Shown one piece after another: positions 52,180 to 62,793 of a stretch of DNA of 64,000 nucleotides. The stretch covers positions 675,807 through 739,806 of the forward strand of contig NW_005434647.1 of NCBI RefSeq assembly GCF_000315625.1, given 5' to 3'. Made by a program: the position numbers and the translations under genes. The notes beneath the pieces are model-generated. The model ran no database searches. It was not told where the DNA came from and saw nothing but the letters and a program-made list of their open reading frames with translations. Positions within the stretch are counted from its first letter, which is position 1. Each line of letters starts with the position of its first letter. The stretch comes from Guillardia theta CCMP2712 (lineage: Eukaryota; Protista; Cryptophyta).

Positions 52180-53395
52180 ATGATGATCACTCGTGCAGCA
52201 TTCGTACTAGCTATCCTCGCTGTTGCCGGTGAGGGAATGGTCATATCACAGAAGGAGCAAGAAATGCCTGCGAAGGGTCTTATGCTCAGGGAGGGTTTCG
52301 TGCCTACACCGCTCTTCTCAAATACTTTCAAGGGAAAGGACAAGTTATTTTCATTGCCCAACAACAAGAAAGGACTGTCTGCACTGAAGTGTGGTTAGTT
52401 TGTTGTTTCTCATTTCCCAATTTCACATCTCATGATGGATACCTGCAGGGTTGTATGGGGACGACATTGCAACTAAGAAGGATGCCTTGTTCATTCCAGC
52501 CACTTCTAGACTGCACTGGAGGGAATACCGTTCTAGACTGATCAAGGTAGATTGTGTTGATTTGGAAGCGTTTGGATTGATAAGCTGTAGGCTGAGACGC
52601 CTTTTTGGATGAGACGGGCAAGTCTGCACACGGGGCTGTGGGCCCATGAGTTGTGGGACATCGAACAGGGATGCCTGATGATCGAGACGGGCAAGCCTTC
52701 GACCATGAGATCCGATGACTTTCAGCGCGCTTACGAAGGCCGGGTAGTCTTTGTACTGCACCACAGCCAGGAGCACGGAAGCTACGGGCTGATTCTTAAC
52801 AAGGCTACACCGTGCACCATAGGAGATTTCACTGAAAAGTTGCCTCACTTCGATGATAACACGATACACTACGGAGGGTAAGAGCTTTCAATCTTCATTT
52901 GAAATGTTCTCACTCGTTGAATCTAGGGAGGGCCACAAGGCATTGCAAGGACAAGTTGCCAACCGAGAGTTGCACACTATCCACTCCTGCTCCGAAGTCG
53001 TAGGATCAGAAGAGATTATCGACGGGGTGTTCCTTGGCGCGGATCTTAGACATGCCAGCAAGCTCGTGGAGCAGAAGCGAGCCAAGGCAAGCCAGTTCAA
53101 ATTCTTTTACAGCGCCACCCAATGGCAACCTGGACAGCTTCAGAGGGAGTTCAAGGAGGTTTGCTATTCCGATATCTGCTCTCCGATTCTGAACTTGTAA
53201 GTAGGGGCGATGGGTCGCTGCTGCATGCTCGAAGGAACTCATTTTGTATCCGAACTCGTACTGGGAAAAGCCGCTCTGGAAGATAGTGATGGAGGTATGG
53301 TGTGATAGACATGCTCTGGCTCCGTCTTAAAGCTGCTGCAGGTGATGGGAGGAAAGTTCAGCCTTATGTGCAGGGAGCTGTGTGATGACTTGTAG
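52180..53395 (+). CDS. YqgE/AlgH (DUF179) family protein, probably plastid-targeted; multi-exon
   Basis: Signal peptide MMITRAAFVLAILAVAG then FVPTPL; WREYRSRLIK; WAHEL..IEQGCLMI; GSYGLILNK; YGG; FKFFYSATQWQPGQLQREF|GRWVAAACS; LWKIVME|VMGG. Confidence 0.88.
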
Positions 53396-53569
53396 CGATG
53401 GGGCACCTCCTCGTGTAGTAATAGATGTATCTAAGTTGTTTTTCAGCCTCGTGTGAGGCAAACTTTCAGCCTCGGAGCCCTCCAACCGGGACCGGCATGT
53501 TTTGCCAAGTTGTTTCATCGTTTTGTATTTCTAGTACAGCTTTAGTTTCACTCAGTGTGATTCCATCAT

Positions 53570-54780
53570 CCGAGCCATGACTCGAATGAATCCGGGTCGC
53601 CCGGCGGGCTCCCGGAGTCGAGTCCGGCACTGAATCATTACCAGTGTTACAGCTCCGGTCCGGGTGGCAGGCCGACTCACTACTCTGACACGACCGTGCC
53701 GGTAGCGGCCGGGCGTCGCGGCGGGCCGGGCGGCCCGGCGGGCCACTGCCGCTGGGCCGCGTACTACGGTACAGTCAGTCGGACGGTACGGCCCCCGCCG
53801 CCGCGTCACCGTGCGCAGTGGCTGAGTGCCGGCTTCCGGGAGCCTGCCAATGTGCCGGGGCCCGGACTGGACCGGCCGGGCCGAGCCTCCTCACACCGCC
53901 GCCGCGGCTGCCGCCTCGCCGGGGGGGGCCGGGGCCCGGCGGGCCGAGACCGGCCCGTTGTGACGGCTGCCGCCACCGTCGGTCGGCGGGTCACCCGCCG
54001 ACCAGTGGACCGTCTTACTAAGTTAGCGCCGGGCCACCCCCCGCGGCAGCCCGGCCGCGGGCCGGGCTGGGCGGCGTGCAGCGCCGGGCCGCCAGTCCGA
54101 GGCTCAGGCTCTGAGCGCGGCTGTCCAACTTCGCGAACGCACAGGCTGGCCGCGGGTACTGCCAGCCACACTACGTGATCATACCGTCACACGGGCGTGG
54201 CCCCCGCGGGCAGCCACGGTGACCGGCGGCGGCCGGCCCCGCCGCACTGACTCACGCCCGGCCCGTGTTAAACCGCCGGGGTCCCGGAGTCCGATCAAAG
54301 TTTCCGAGCCTCCCGGGGCCCGGCCGACTCGGTTCTGCGGACGGGAGGCTTCAAGAGTCAGCTGTCCGAGTGCACGGTGCCCCGGTTCAAGCGGCCCCGG
54401 GCGGCCCCGGGCCCCGAACCGTTGAACCGTGCCCAGTGCAGTGCCGGGCACCGGCGGTCCCGAATCCGATGCGGCCGCCCGGCCCGGCCCCGCTGAAGTG
54501 ACCAGGGACTCCGAGAGGCTCTACTAGGCTATGTCCGACGGTCGACTCGGTGATCGCGGCAGATGACTCAGTCCACCGCACTGAGCTGCCGGGACCGTCA
54601 CAGGCTGCTGCCTGAGTGCGGCTCATCGTCTCAGTGCTTCTCATACTTGGCAGTGTGAAAGGGCCTCGCCGCAGTGCTCAGTCAGGTTGTCAGTTCGGAT
54701 ACTACGGTACCCGGCGTGAACGGTCGACCGGCCCACCGTCCGAGGCGCTATTGGTTTTACTTAGTAACGACCACTCTATT
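53570..54780. other. Largest GC-rich palindromic patchwork island
   Basis: About 1.2 kb of very high GC built from ccgg/ggcc/gtac/gactc words, with no credible ORF. Confidence 0.75.
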
Positions 54781-55119
54781 CGTGCCAAGTTGTGCGATGG
54801 GCAGCAAACGAGTCCGTCAGCCTGAAGCAACACTGAGTACGGTAGCAGCATTGGGACTCCGGGACTCCGAGAACAAATAAGTTCATCGATGATTCTACAT
54901 TCGGCCCAAGTTCTTGTCAGCCAGATCATTCAATGACTCGGACTGACCTATTCTGATGTACAACAAATTTCCCAAATCCGGTCCACGGTGACTCGTCACT
55001 CTCTTCTCACGCTTCTAAGCTCAACCACCACCATGCCTTCAAGATCGTCTGCTTGATCCTTGTAGATCACTGTCCCGTCATCTCTCCGCGTGTTTGCTCC
55101 GAGGTCATTGCTGATTCTT

Positions 55120-55563
55120 CTAGCTGCTCGCGTGCGCGATGGCCTCGTCCATCAACCTCTCCGTCTCAACGCACACACGCCCTCCTGTCCAGGTCCAGCA
55201 CGTCGTGATCACGTCTTGTGCTCGAGGCGACGGGCATGAGCCCGGGTCTGCAAGGTGGGACGCGCAAAGAGGCTGCGAGTCACGGTCCGGCAAGGGAGTC
55301 CTCTTGTAAGGCCATCTGCGTATGCCCAGCCGTCTACACGCGTTCTTGAGCGCCGTGAGGGAGATGCCCTGTAGCAAGTAAGCCGAGAAAACCCTCCAGG
55401 CAAGGAGGCTACACACCAGGCTGACGGCAGCATCAGTCTGCCGCATATCGAACAGGCTGAGCAGGCTGTCGGCAGTGATAGCGATCTTAGGCTTCTTGGT
55501 ATGGAGGGAGAGCTGGGACCCTCTTCTGCGAGGGGAGACGAAATGGGGAGGGGAGGAGGTCAT
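55120..55563 (-). CDS. RWP-RK domain transcription factor, left copy (48-nt in-frame intron)
   Basis: ITADSLLSLFDMRQTDAAVSL|GISLTALKNACRRLGIRRWPYK. Confidence 0.9.
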   Translation of the reverse strand: MTSSPPHFVSPRRRGSQLSLHTKKPKIAITADSLLSLFDMRQTDAAVSLVCSLLAWRVFSAYLLQGISLTALKNACRRLGIRRWPYKRTPLPDRDSQPLCASHLADPGSCPSPRAQDVITTCWTWTGGRVCVETERLMDEAIAHASS

Positions 55564-56257
55564 GGGAAGAGGGAGAGAAGGGAGAGACGTACGAGAAGAG
55601 AGGATGAGACTACTTGCGGGAGAGGGAAGGGAGGAGAGGGCTGCGAGAGGGAGGAGGGGAAAGGAGTACGATGCGAGGAGTCAGGGGGATGGTGTAAGGG
55701 AGGAAGGGCAAATGCTCGGCGCCTGGACAGCAGCCACAGGGACAGGAAGTGGGGCGTCGGTTTGCAAGGAGTTTTCGTTATGCCTGTCGGAGTTCCGGTG
55801 TGGAGAGTAAAAGGGCCATAAGCGGAAACATGATACAAGGAAGCGAAAGGAGACGATTACAGCCTTCTGAAGCGCCGCGAATTCGATTTATCAAGGAATG
55901 CGTCGAGTGAAGGTACCTCGCTCATGTCCATTGACTGAAAGTTAAGGGCGGCAGGAGGCAGGCAAACTTGGGGGATCTTTCCGTCTGCTGGGCCAAGGAA
56001 ACGAAATCTTCTGTTTTCAAATCATCCGGGGTTGTCCGAATGTCGGGGTTAATGTTGATATCGGCCATGTTCGGGGAACTGACTTTTCTCGACGTGCACG
56101 GTGCAAACCGTTGAGCTTTCCTTTTCCTGCTCTAGCCCTCTTATTCGTTGTCTTGATCTGTCCCCTCCTCCCTCTCGCAGCCCTCTCCTCCCTTCCCTCT
56201 CCCGCAAGTAGTCTCATCCTCTCTTCTCGTACGTCTCTCCCTTCTCTCCCTCTTCCC

Positions 56258-56701
56258 ATGACCTCCTCCCCTCCCCATTTCGTCTCCCCTCGCAGAAGAG
56301 GGTCCCAGCTCTCCCTCCATACCAAGAAGCCTAAGATCGCTATCACTGCCGACAGCCTGCTCAGCCTGTTCGATATGCGGCAGACTGATGCTGCCGTCAG
56401 CCTGGTGTGTAGCCTCCTTGCCTGGAGGGTTTTCTCGGCTGACTTGCTACAGGGCATCTCCCTCACGGCGCTCAAGAACGCGTGTAGACGGCTGGGCATA
56501 CGCAGATGGCCTTACAAGAGGACGCCCTTGCCGGACCGTGACTCGCAGCCTCTTTGCGCGTCCCACCTTGCAGACCCGGGCTCATGCCCGTCGCCTCGAG
56601 CACAAGACGTGATCACGACGTGCTGGACCTGGACAGGAGGGCGTGTGTGCGTTGAGACGGAGAGGTTGATGGACGAGGCCATCGCGCACGCGAGCAGCTA
56701 G
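56258..56701 (+). CDS. RWP-RK domain transcription factor, right copy (intron 56405-56452)
   Basis: Same spliced protein as the left copy; GTGTGT...GCTGAC...CAG intron. Confidence 0.9.
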   Translation: MTSSPPHFVSPRRRGSQLSLHTKKPKIAITADSLLSLFDMRQTDAAVSLVCSLLAWRVFSADLLQGISLTALKNACRRLGIRRWPYKRTPLPDRDSQPLCASHLADPGSCPSPRAQDVITTCWTWTGGRVCVETERLMDEAIAHASS

Positions 56702-57779
56702 AAGAATCAGCAATGACCTCGGAGCAAACACGCGGAGAGATGACGGGACAGTGATCTACAAGGATCAAGCAGACGATCTTGAAGGCATGGTGGTGGTTGA
56801 GCTTAGAAGCGTGAGAAGAGAGTGACGAGTCACCGTGGACCGGATTTGGGAAATTTGTTGTACATCAGAATAGGTCAGTCCGAGTCATTGAATGATCTGG
56901 CTGACAAGAACTTGGGACGAATGTAGCCTAGAATCATCGATGAACTTATTTGTTCTCGGAGTCCCGGAGTCCCAATGCTGCTACCGTACTCAGTGTTGCT
57001 TCAGGCTGACTGACTCGCTTGCTTGTGTTATCATCAAGTTTCCCTGCCCATCGCACAACTTGGCACCAACTTAAGAGTGGTTGTTAAACCAATAGAGTGC
57101 TCGTTCAAGTTAACTGACCACCTGACTACTGCGGCGGGCCGCGGGCGAGGCCCTTTCACACTGCCAAGTCACGGTAGGCATGGCCGTAGTATGAGAATAG
57201 AGGTATCGGTATCGGAACTGAGCACTGAGACGATTAACAACGGCTCAGCGGCTCGGCCCATCATGGCATCGGACTCTCAGTCTCGGATGAGTCAGCCTGT
57301 GACAACGGTCCGATGGCTCAGTGCGGCGGAACGGTCAGCCGCATCGGACCAGGTGCAACGGTGCAACGGCCCTGACTGTGACAGCTGAGCTGAAGCCAAG
57401 TTCGACGAAGTGCGGGGACCGTGGTCACCGGGGCGGTGCCAGCCCGGCGCTGAGCGGCCTGCCCGCGGCGACCGGCCCGGGGCCCGGCCGGCGGCGGCCC
57501 GGACCGTATCGGACTCGACGATGATGGGGCTCCGGATCCGAAGTTCATAAAAAAGGAAACTGAAAGTTTGAGTTTGATTCAAAGTTTTGTTGAGAGGCGT
57601 GTATGAACAAGGGGCAGGAAGCGAAGGCGAGGCTGACAAGAAGCAAGAAGATAACAGAGCAGGGCAGGGAGAGAAGAGGATAGTCTATTCAAGAAGGTTG
57701 AGGCCTTTTCTTCCTTCCCTCTGTCCATTTCAAGCACCCGAAGCAAGTCCGACAAATCAGCTCTTGCCCTTGTCTCACC

Positions 57780-60700
57780 ATGGCTCCTTTCAAACAAATC
57801 AACGTTCACTTGAGCCCCGTGGCGCCGTACAGCAATGCTGAGGGAGGAGTGGCAGAGCGGTGTCGTGTGCTAGTGCGCTTTCGTCCTCTACCGGACTCGA
57901 ACCATGGAGATTCTCCCTTCATGATACGGGATGATGTTCGAGTGTCGGTGGCCACAAAAGATTCGAGCGCGAACGATCAGGCTACGTATCAGTTTGATCG
58001 GATATTCACACAAGATGCAACCCAAGAGGAGGTGTTTCATGTAGTCATGAAGGACTCTGTGGACTCAGTCTTGAATGGTAACTTGCATCTTTATCTACCG
58101 TCATGTGTTGAAACCGTTTTTGTTCTTTCAAGGGTTCAATGCAACCGTGCTGGCCTACGGGCAGTCAGGGGCTGGCAAGACACATACCATGTTTGGGACA
58201 GAGAAGAGTGATCAGGGGATCATCCCGCGATCTGTGAAGGAGATCTTCAGGAGAATCTCATGCCATGACTCCGGAAGCATGTTTGTGGTCAAGGTAGGAA
58301 GGAGGAGTGTGTTGTCAACAGAGGAGGGAGAAGTAAGCTAGGCATCAAGGGGGGAGGGAGGATGTAAGCTTGGTTTCAAGGGAGGAGGGAGGGGTTAAGT
58401 TCATGGTGGAGATGCAGATATCCAAGTGATGGCAGGGCATGCAGGCATCGATGCTGGAGATCTACATGGAGGAGATGAGAGACCTTCTGCGACCGTCTGC
58501 CAGCAAGTCTGTTTGACCGTTGGCTCCTCTCCTTCATTGCTGAGCTCCTCTCAGACTAAAACTCCGCGAGTCTGTCTTCGACGGGGTGTGGGTCGAGGGA
58601 CTTCATTATACTTTCATCCATTCCGCTGAGGCACGACGACATGCTACTTGTTCCCTCCCTTGTGCAACTCCCCACGATCACCCTTCCTCCTCGTTCTGTT
58701 TCTTCCTCCCTGTCTTCTCCCTTCTGAAAGCGTTGACTCCTTTCTATGACCCCTGTCTTCTCCCTTCTGCCGTCTGTTCGCTTAAACTCTTCGTCTCAGG
58801 CTGCAATGGATCTGGTCAAGAAAGGAATGGCGGCGCGAGCAGTAGGAGTAACCAACATGAATAGTCACAGCAGCAGATCTCATTGCATCTTTTCTCTGCG
58901 TGTTGAGCAGCAGCATCCGGTCGTCCTCCGCTGGCCTTTCTCACTCTTTCTGCATCCATTTCCAAGAGCCTCCTGCCCTTCTTCCTTCTTCCTGTCCTTT
59001 CCATCCTCTCTTTTCCATCCTCCCTTACCTGTCTATCTTCTCCTTACTCCCTTTCTGCCTGAAGCTACGTCTACGTCTCTTATTTGCCAGCAGGATGGTT
59101 ACCTGCAACGAGGCGAGCTTCACTTTGCTGACCTTGCAGGGCTTGAGCGAGTTGATAGGACTGGTGCACAAGTATGAGGGAGGGGGAGGAGCGGGAGGAG
59201 ATTTCTGAGAATGGGTTTCCTTAGGGACAAACGTTCGAGGAGGCTAAGAGAATCAACTTGTACTGTATTGCCTTGTGTGCTTCTTTCTTCACTCTTGTCA
59301 TGACAGATCGCTCTCTGCCCTTGGCAACTGCATCGCTGCTCTGGCACAGCCCGGAAGGAATCACATTCCCTTTCGAGACTCTAAGCTCACCTTCCTCCTC
59401 AAGGTCTCAGCCCGCTGTTTACTCTTGATGCATACCATTCCTTCCCCTCCCCTCCCCTCCCCTCCCCTCCCCTCCCCTTCTCTCCCCTTCTCTCCTGTCT
59501 CACCTCTTCCCTTCGCTTCACCTCTATCTCCTCTCCTTTCTTTCCTCCCTCCCTCCTTTTGCTCTCTCTTCCCTCCTCTCCTCTTGTACTAGCTCAAGAC
59601 GGTCCATAGAACTCTCTCGGAGGGAACGCCAAGACCACTCTCCTCATCGCCGCGTCCTCGAGCTGGAAGGTGTTTGGCCAGGCGGCGCGTCTACAACTGA
59701 GCCTTCCGCAGGACCTTGAGGAGAGCGTGACGGCACTCAAGTTTGGAGCTCGAGCACGCGCGATCAAGAACGTGGTGAAGGTGAACAGGAAGTTAAGGTG
59801 AGGCCCTGCCATGCTTGACTTTCACTCACTTCCCCTCCCCCCAGCGCCGAGGAGCTGGAACGCCTGCTCAACAAGCTGAAGCAGGAGCATGACAACCTGC
59901 GGCAGTACTGCCTTGCGCTGGAGCAGAGGATCGTTGAGTTGACCAAGGGGAGGAGGAAGTCGTCTCCGAAAGAGGACAAGGAGAACTTCAACAGCAACGT
60001 CACCCCTGACGCGCACAGGAGGGGCAGGACGAGCTTGTTGGAGGAGGAGGAAGATAACCCAACATTCTCTGCTGTCTGCAACCGATGGAGGAGAATGCAA
60101 GCGGGCGGGGAGGACGAAGTTCCTTCACCTGTGCACAACCTCGACCCCCTCCAGCTCCTCCACCACATTTCTCAGCTCGAGAGCGCCAACGTTGACATGC
60201 AGATGGAGATCGAGTCGCTAATCATGAAGCAGCAGACCTCGTCCCCCACTACAGGTACATCCAACCACTTGACCCTCTCTCTTCATCCGCACCATTTGAC
60301 CATGTGTTCGTTCCTCTTCATCCACACCACATGTGTCTCCCTCTTCCTTCTCGCTTCGTCGCGCGCTCTTCCTCTCTCTCTTCCCTCTTCTTTCTCTCAT
60401 TTGCCTCCACCGTCAGCTTCACTTGTCTCACTTGTAGCTGCAGTGGTTGGGACCTCCTTCTCCGGCGACAGGTCGCAGCAGATGTCACCTGGATGTGCGA
60501 GGGGGGAGCAGGCAAGTGCTGTGCAGTTCTGTAGCAGCTCTTTGCGGACTGAGCGTGTTGACTTGTAGTGGCAGGAAGGGCTCGGGCAGGGGCAGGAGAC
60601 TGAGAGCGGAAAGGAGGCGGTAGACCAGCACCTTCAAACTTCTCTCCTCGACTTCGCCTGGAGTTTGGCACTTCCCAAGCAGGACACGTCTGTTCAAACT

Positions 60701-61245
60701 TCCTTTCTGCCTTCACCCAAGCAGAACTTGATGAGCTTGCTCGACACGACTCAACCTCCGTCTCATGTCAGTGAGGGGTTTTAGCGTCACCTCCTGCTGA
60801 ATCCCTGCTGTTTGCTGCAGCAGGCCGACCCTCTTCCACGGGAGGACTCGAAGGATGTGCTCACAGGGTTCTTGAGGAAGAGAGGGAGGTCCATCATGGG
60901 AGGTACCAAGAAAGCTTCCTGCGTCCTGCGGAAGGACAGCATGCTCTATCAGCACTGCGACGAAGACGGGTCTCCGACCTCCTCTCTCCGCAAGGAGATC
61001 CCTCTCCGCAACATTTCTCATCTCGAGAAACTCGACAGGTGAGCTGAGGAGCCCGAGGAAAAGAGGCGGAGAATGAGTGAAATTGAGGGGAGGGGAGGAG
61101 CTAATATAGAACATGACGAGTATCTTGCAGCGGCCGAGTGCATCGCTTTCGCTTCCGATGTCGTGCACGCGAGTTCATGTTCGAGGCGGAGACGCTGCAT
61201 CAGAGGAACGAGTGGTTCGACAACATTCAAAGCCTTGTGCAGTAG
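57780..61245 (+). CDS. Kinesin motor protein (kinesin-1-like motor) with short coiled coil and C-terminal PH domain; multi-exon
   Basis: [63 protein letters not shown] segment: LTGFLRKRG...[10 protein letters not shown]...EIPL...|[28 protein letters not shown]. Confidence 0.92.
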
Positions 61246-61446
61246 TGAAGGAGTCAGGTTAGCCTGAAGAAAAAGTACAGAAGGGTTCATTGAAGTGAAT
61301 CGAAGAGGCACGCATGCTACAAACTCCTACGAGCTGAAATCAGCACATTGCTCCTCTCCTCTCAACGATTTCCAGCGCTCATTCGCCCTAACTGGAGGAC
61401 GAGTTGCTCCCTCATGAGAAGCGTTGATACATACAGGGTCACTCGT

Positions 61447-62793
61447 CTACTCGAACGACTTGAGAGTCTTGTGGATGATTTCGCAAGCATTGTTGATGTC
61501 TTGTTCCGTGCTCGTGAGGGGAGGAGCGAGGCGAATGATGTCGTCATGCGTGGGCTTGGCAAGAACTCCGTTCTTAGCCATCTCCAAGCAAACATCCCAC
61601 GCAGTGACAGTCCTGCCCTTGATCTGGGTGGGCTTGATGACGATGGCGTTCAAGAGACCCTTGCCACGGATGGTGGTCACGAGCGGAGACTTCATGTTGT
61701 GAAGGTTGGCGCGGGTCAGCTCTCCATTCTTCTCGGCTTTGGCCACCAAGTTCTCGTCCTTGAGCACGTTGAGAGCAGCCATGGCGATCTTGCACGCGAG
61801 GGGGTTGCCTCCAAAGGTGGACCCATGCTCGCCGGGCTTGACTTGAAGGATAACCTCATGGGAGGACAAGACAGCAGACACAGGGTACGTTCCTCCTGAC
61901 AACGCCTTTCCAAGTACGACAATATCAGGCTTCACGTTGTCCCACTCAACGCAGAGGGTCCTTCCGGTACGTCCGCATCCCGTCTGAACTTCGTCAGCAA
62001 TGAGCAACACCTTGTACTTCTGACAGATCTCCTTGGCTTTCTTCATGTAGCCTGCGTCGGGAACCATCACTCCCGCCTCTCCTTGGATCGGCTCGACCAT
62101 GAACGCGCAGTACTCGTTCGCATGCTCCGCGATTTTCTTCTCGAGAGCAGCAAGATCGTTGTAAGCAACAATGTCAAAGTTGGGCATAGCAGGTCCAAAT
62201 CCAGCATAGGAGGAAGGATCGGTGGAGGAGGAGATAGCAGCGAGGGTGCGGCCCCAGAAGTTGTTCTCCGCGAACAAGATTCTCGCCTTGTTGTCAGGGA
62301 TGCCCTTGACAGCGTAACCCCATCGGCGAGCAAGCTTGCAAGCCGTCTCTCCTCCCTCAACACCAGTGTTCATGGGAAGCACGCGCTCGTAACCAAAGTA
62401 CTTGGTAACAAACTCGCAATAGGGTCCCAACACATCATTGTGGAAAGCCCTGGAGGAGAGGGTAAGAGTCTCAGCCTGCTCCTTCATGGCAGCGATGATC
62501 TTTGGGTGGCAATGCCCCTGGTTGACTGCAGAGTATGCAGACAGGTAATCATAATACTCCTTGCCATCCACATCCCACACTTTCACTCCCTTGCCCTTGG
62601 AGAGAACCACGGGCAGAGGGTGGTAGTTGTGAGCACCAAAGTCATCTTCAAGCTTCATCAGCTTCTTCTGCTTCTCAGACAGATGTGCTCGCTCTGCATC
62701 AGAAGCACTTCCACCCATACCACGTGCAAAGGTACGAGATACAGATCGGTTGAGAGCCCTGCCGAAGACAAGGGTCAGTACACAGCGTTACAT
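61447..62793 (-). CDS. OAT: Ornithine delta-aminotransferase, mitochondrial
   Basis: [85 protein letters not shown]. Presequence [14 protein letters not shown] appears after removing a 33-nt intron (62759-62791). Confidence 0.97.

Larger units (their letters stand above)
54560..57350. repeat. Large inverted repeat; inner ends 55660 and 56161, 500-bp spacer; cores ~54805-55660 and 56161-57020 near-identical, outer parts diverged by insertions
   Basis: Direct reverse-complement comparison of the arms. Confidence 0.95.

Noticed and set aside
53552-54644. Arg/Gly/Pro/Ala-rich ORFs in GC islands (also 22232-22667 and 38344-38757)
   Set aside because: Open frames on both strands are expected from extreme GC content; there are no domains or splice signals.
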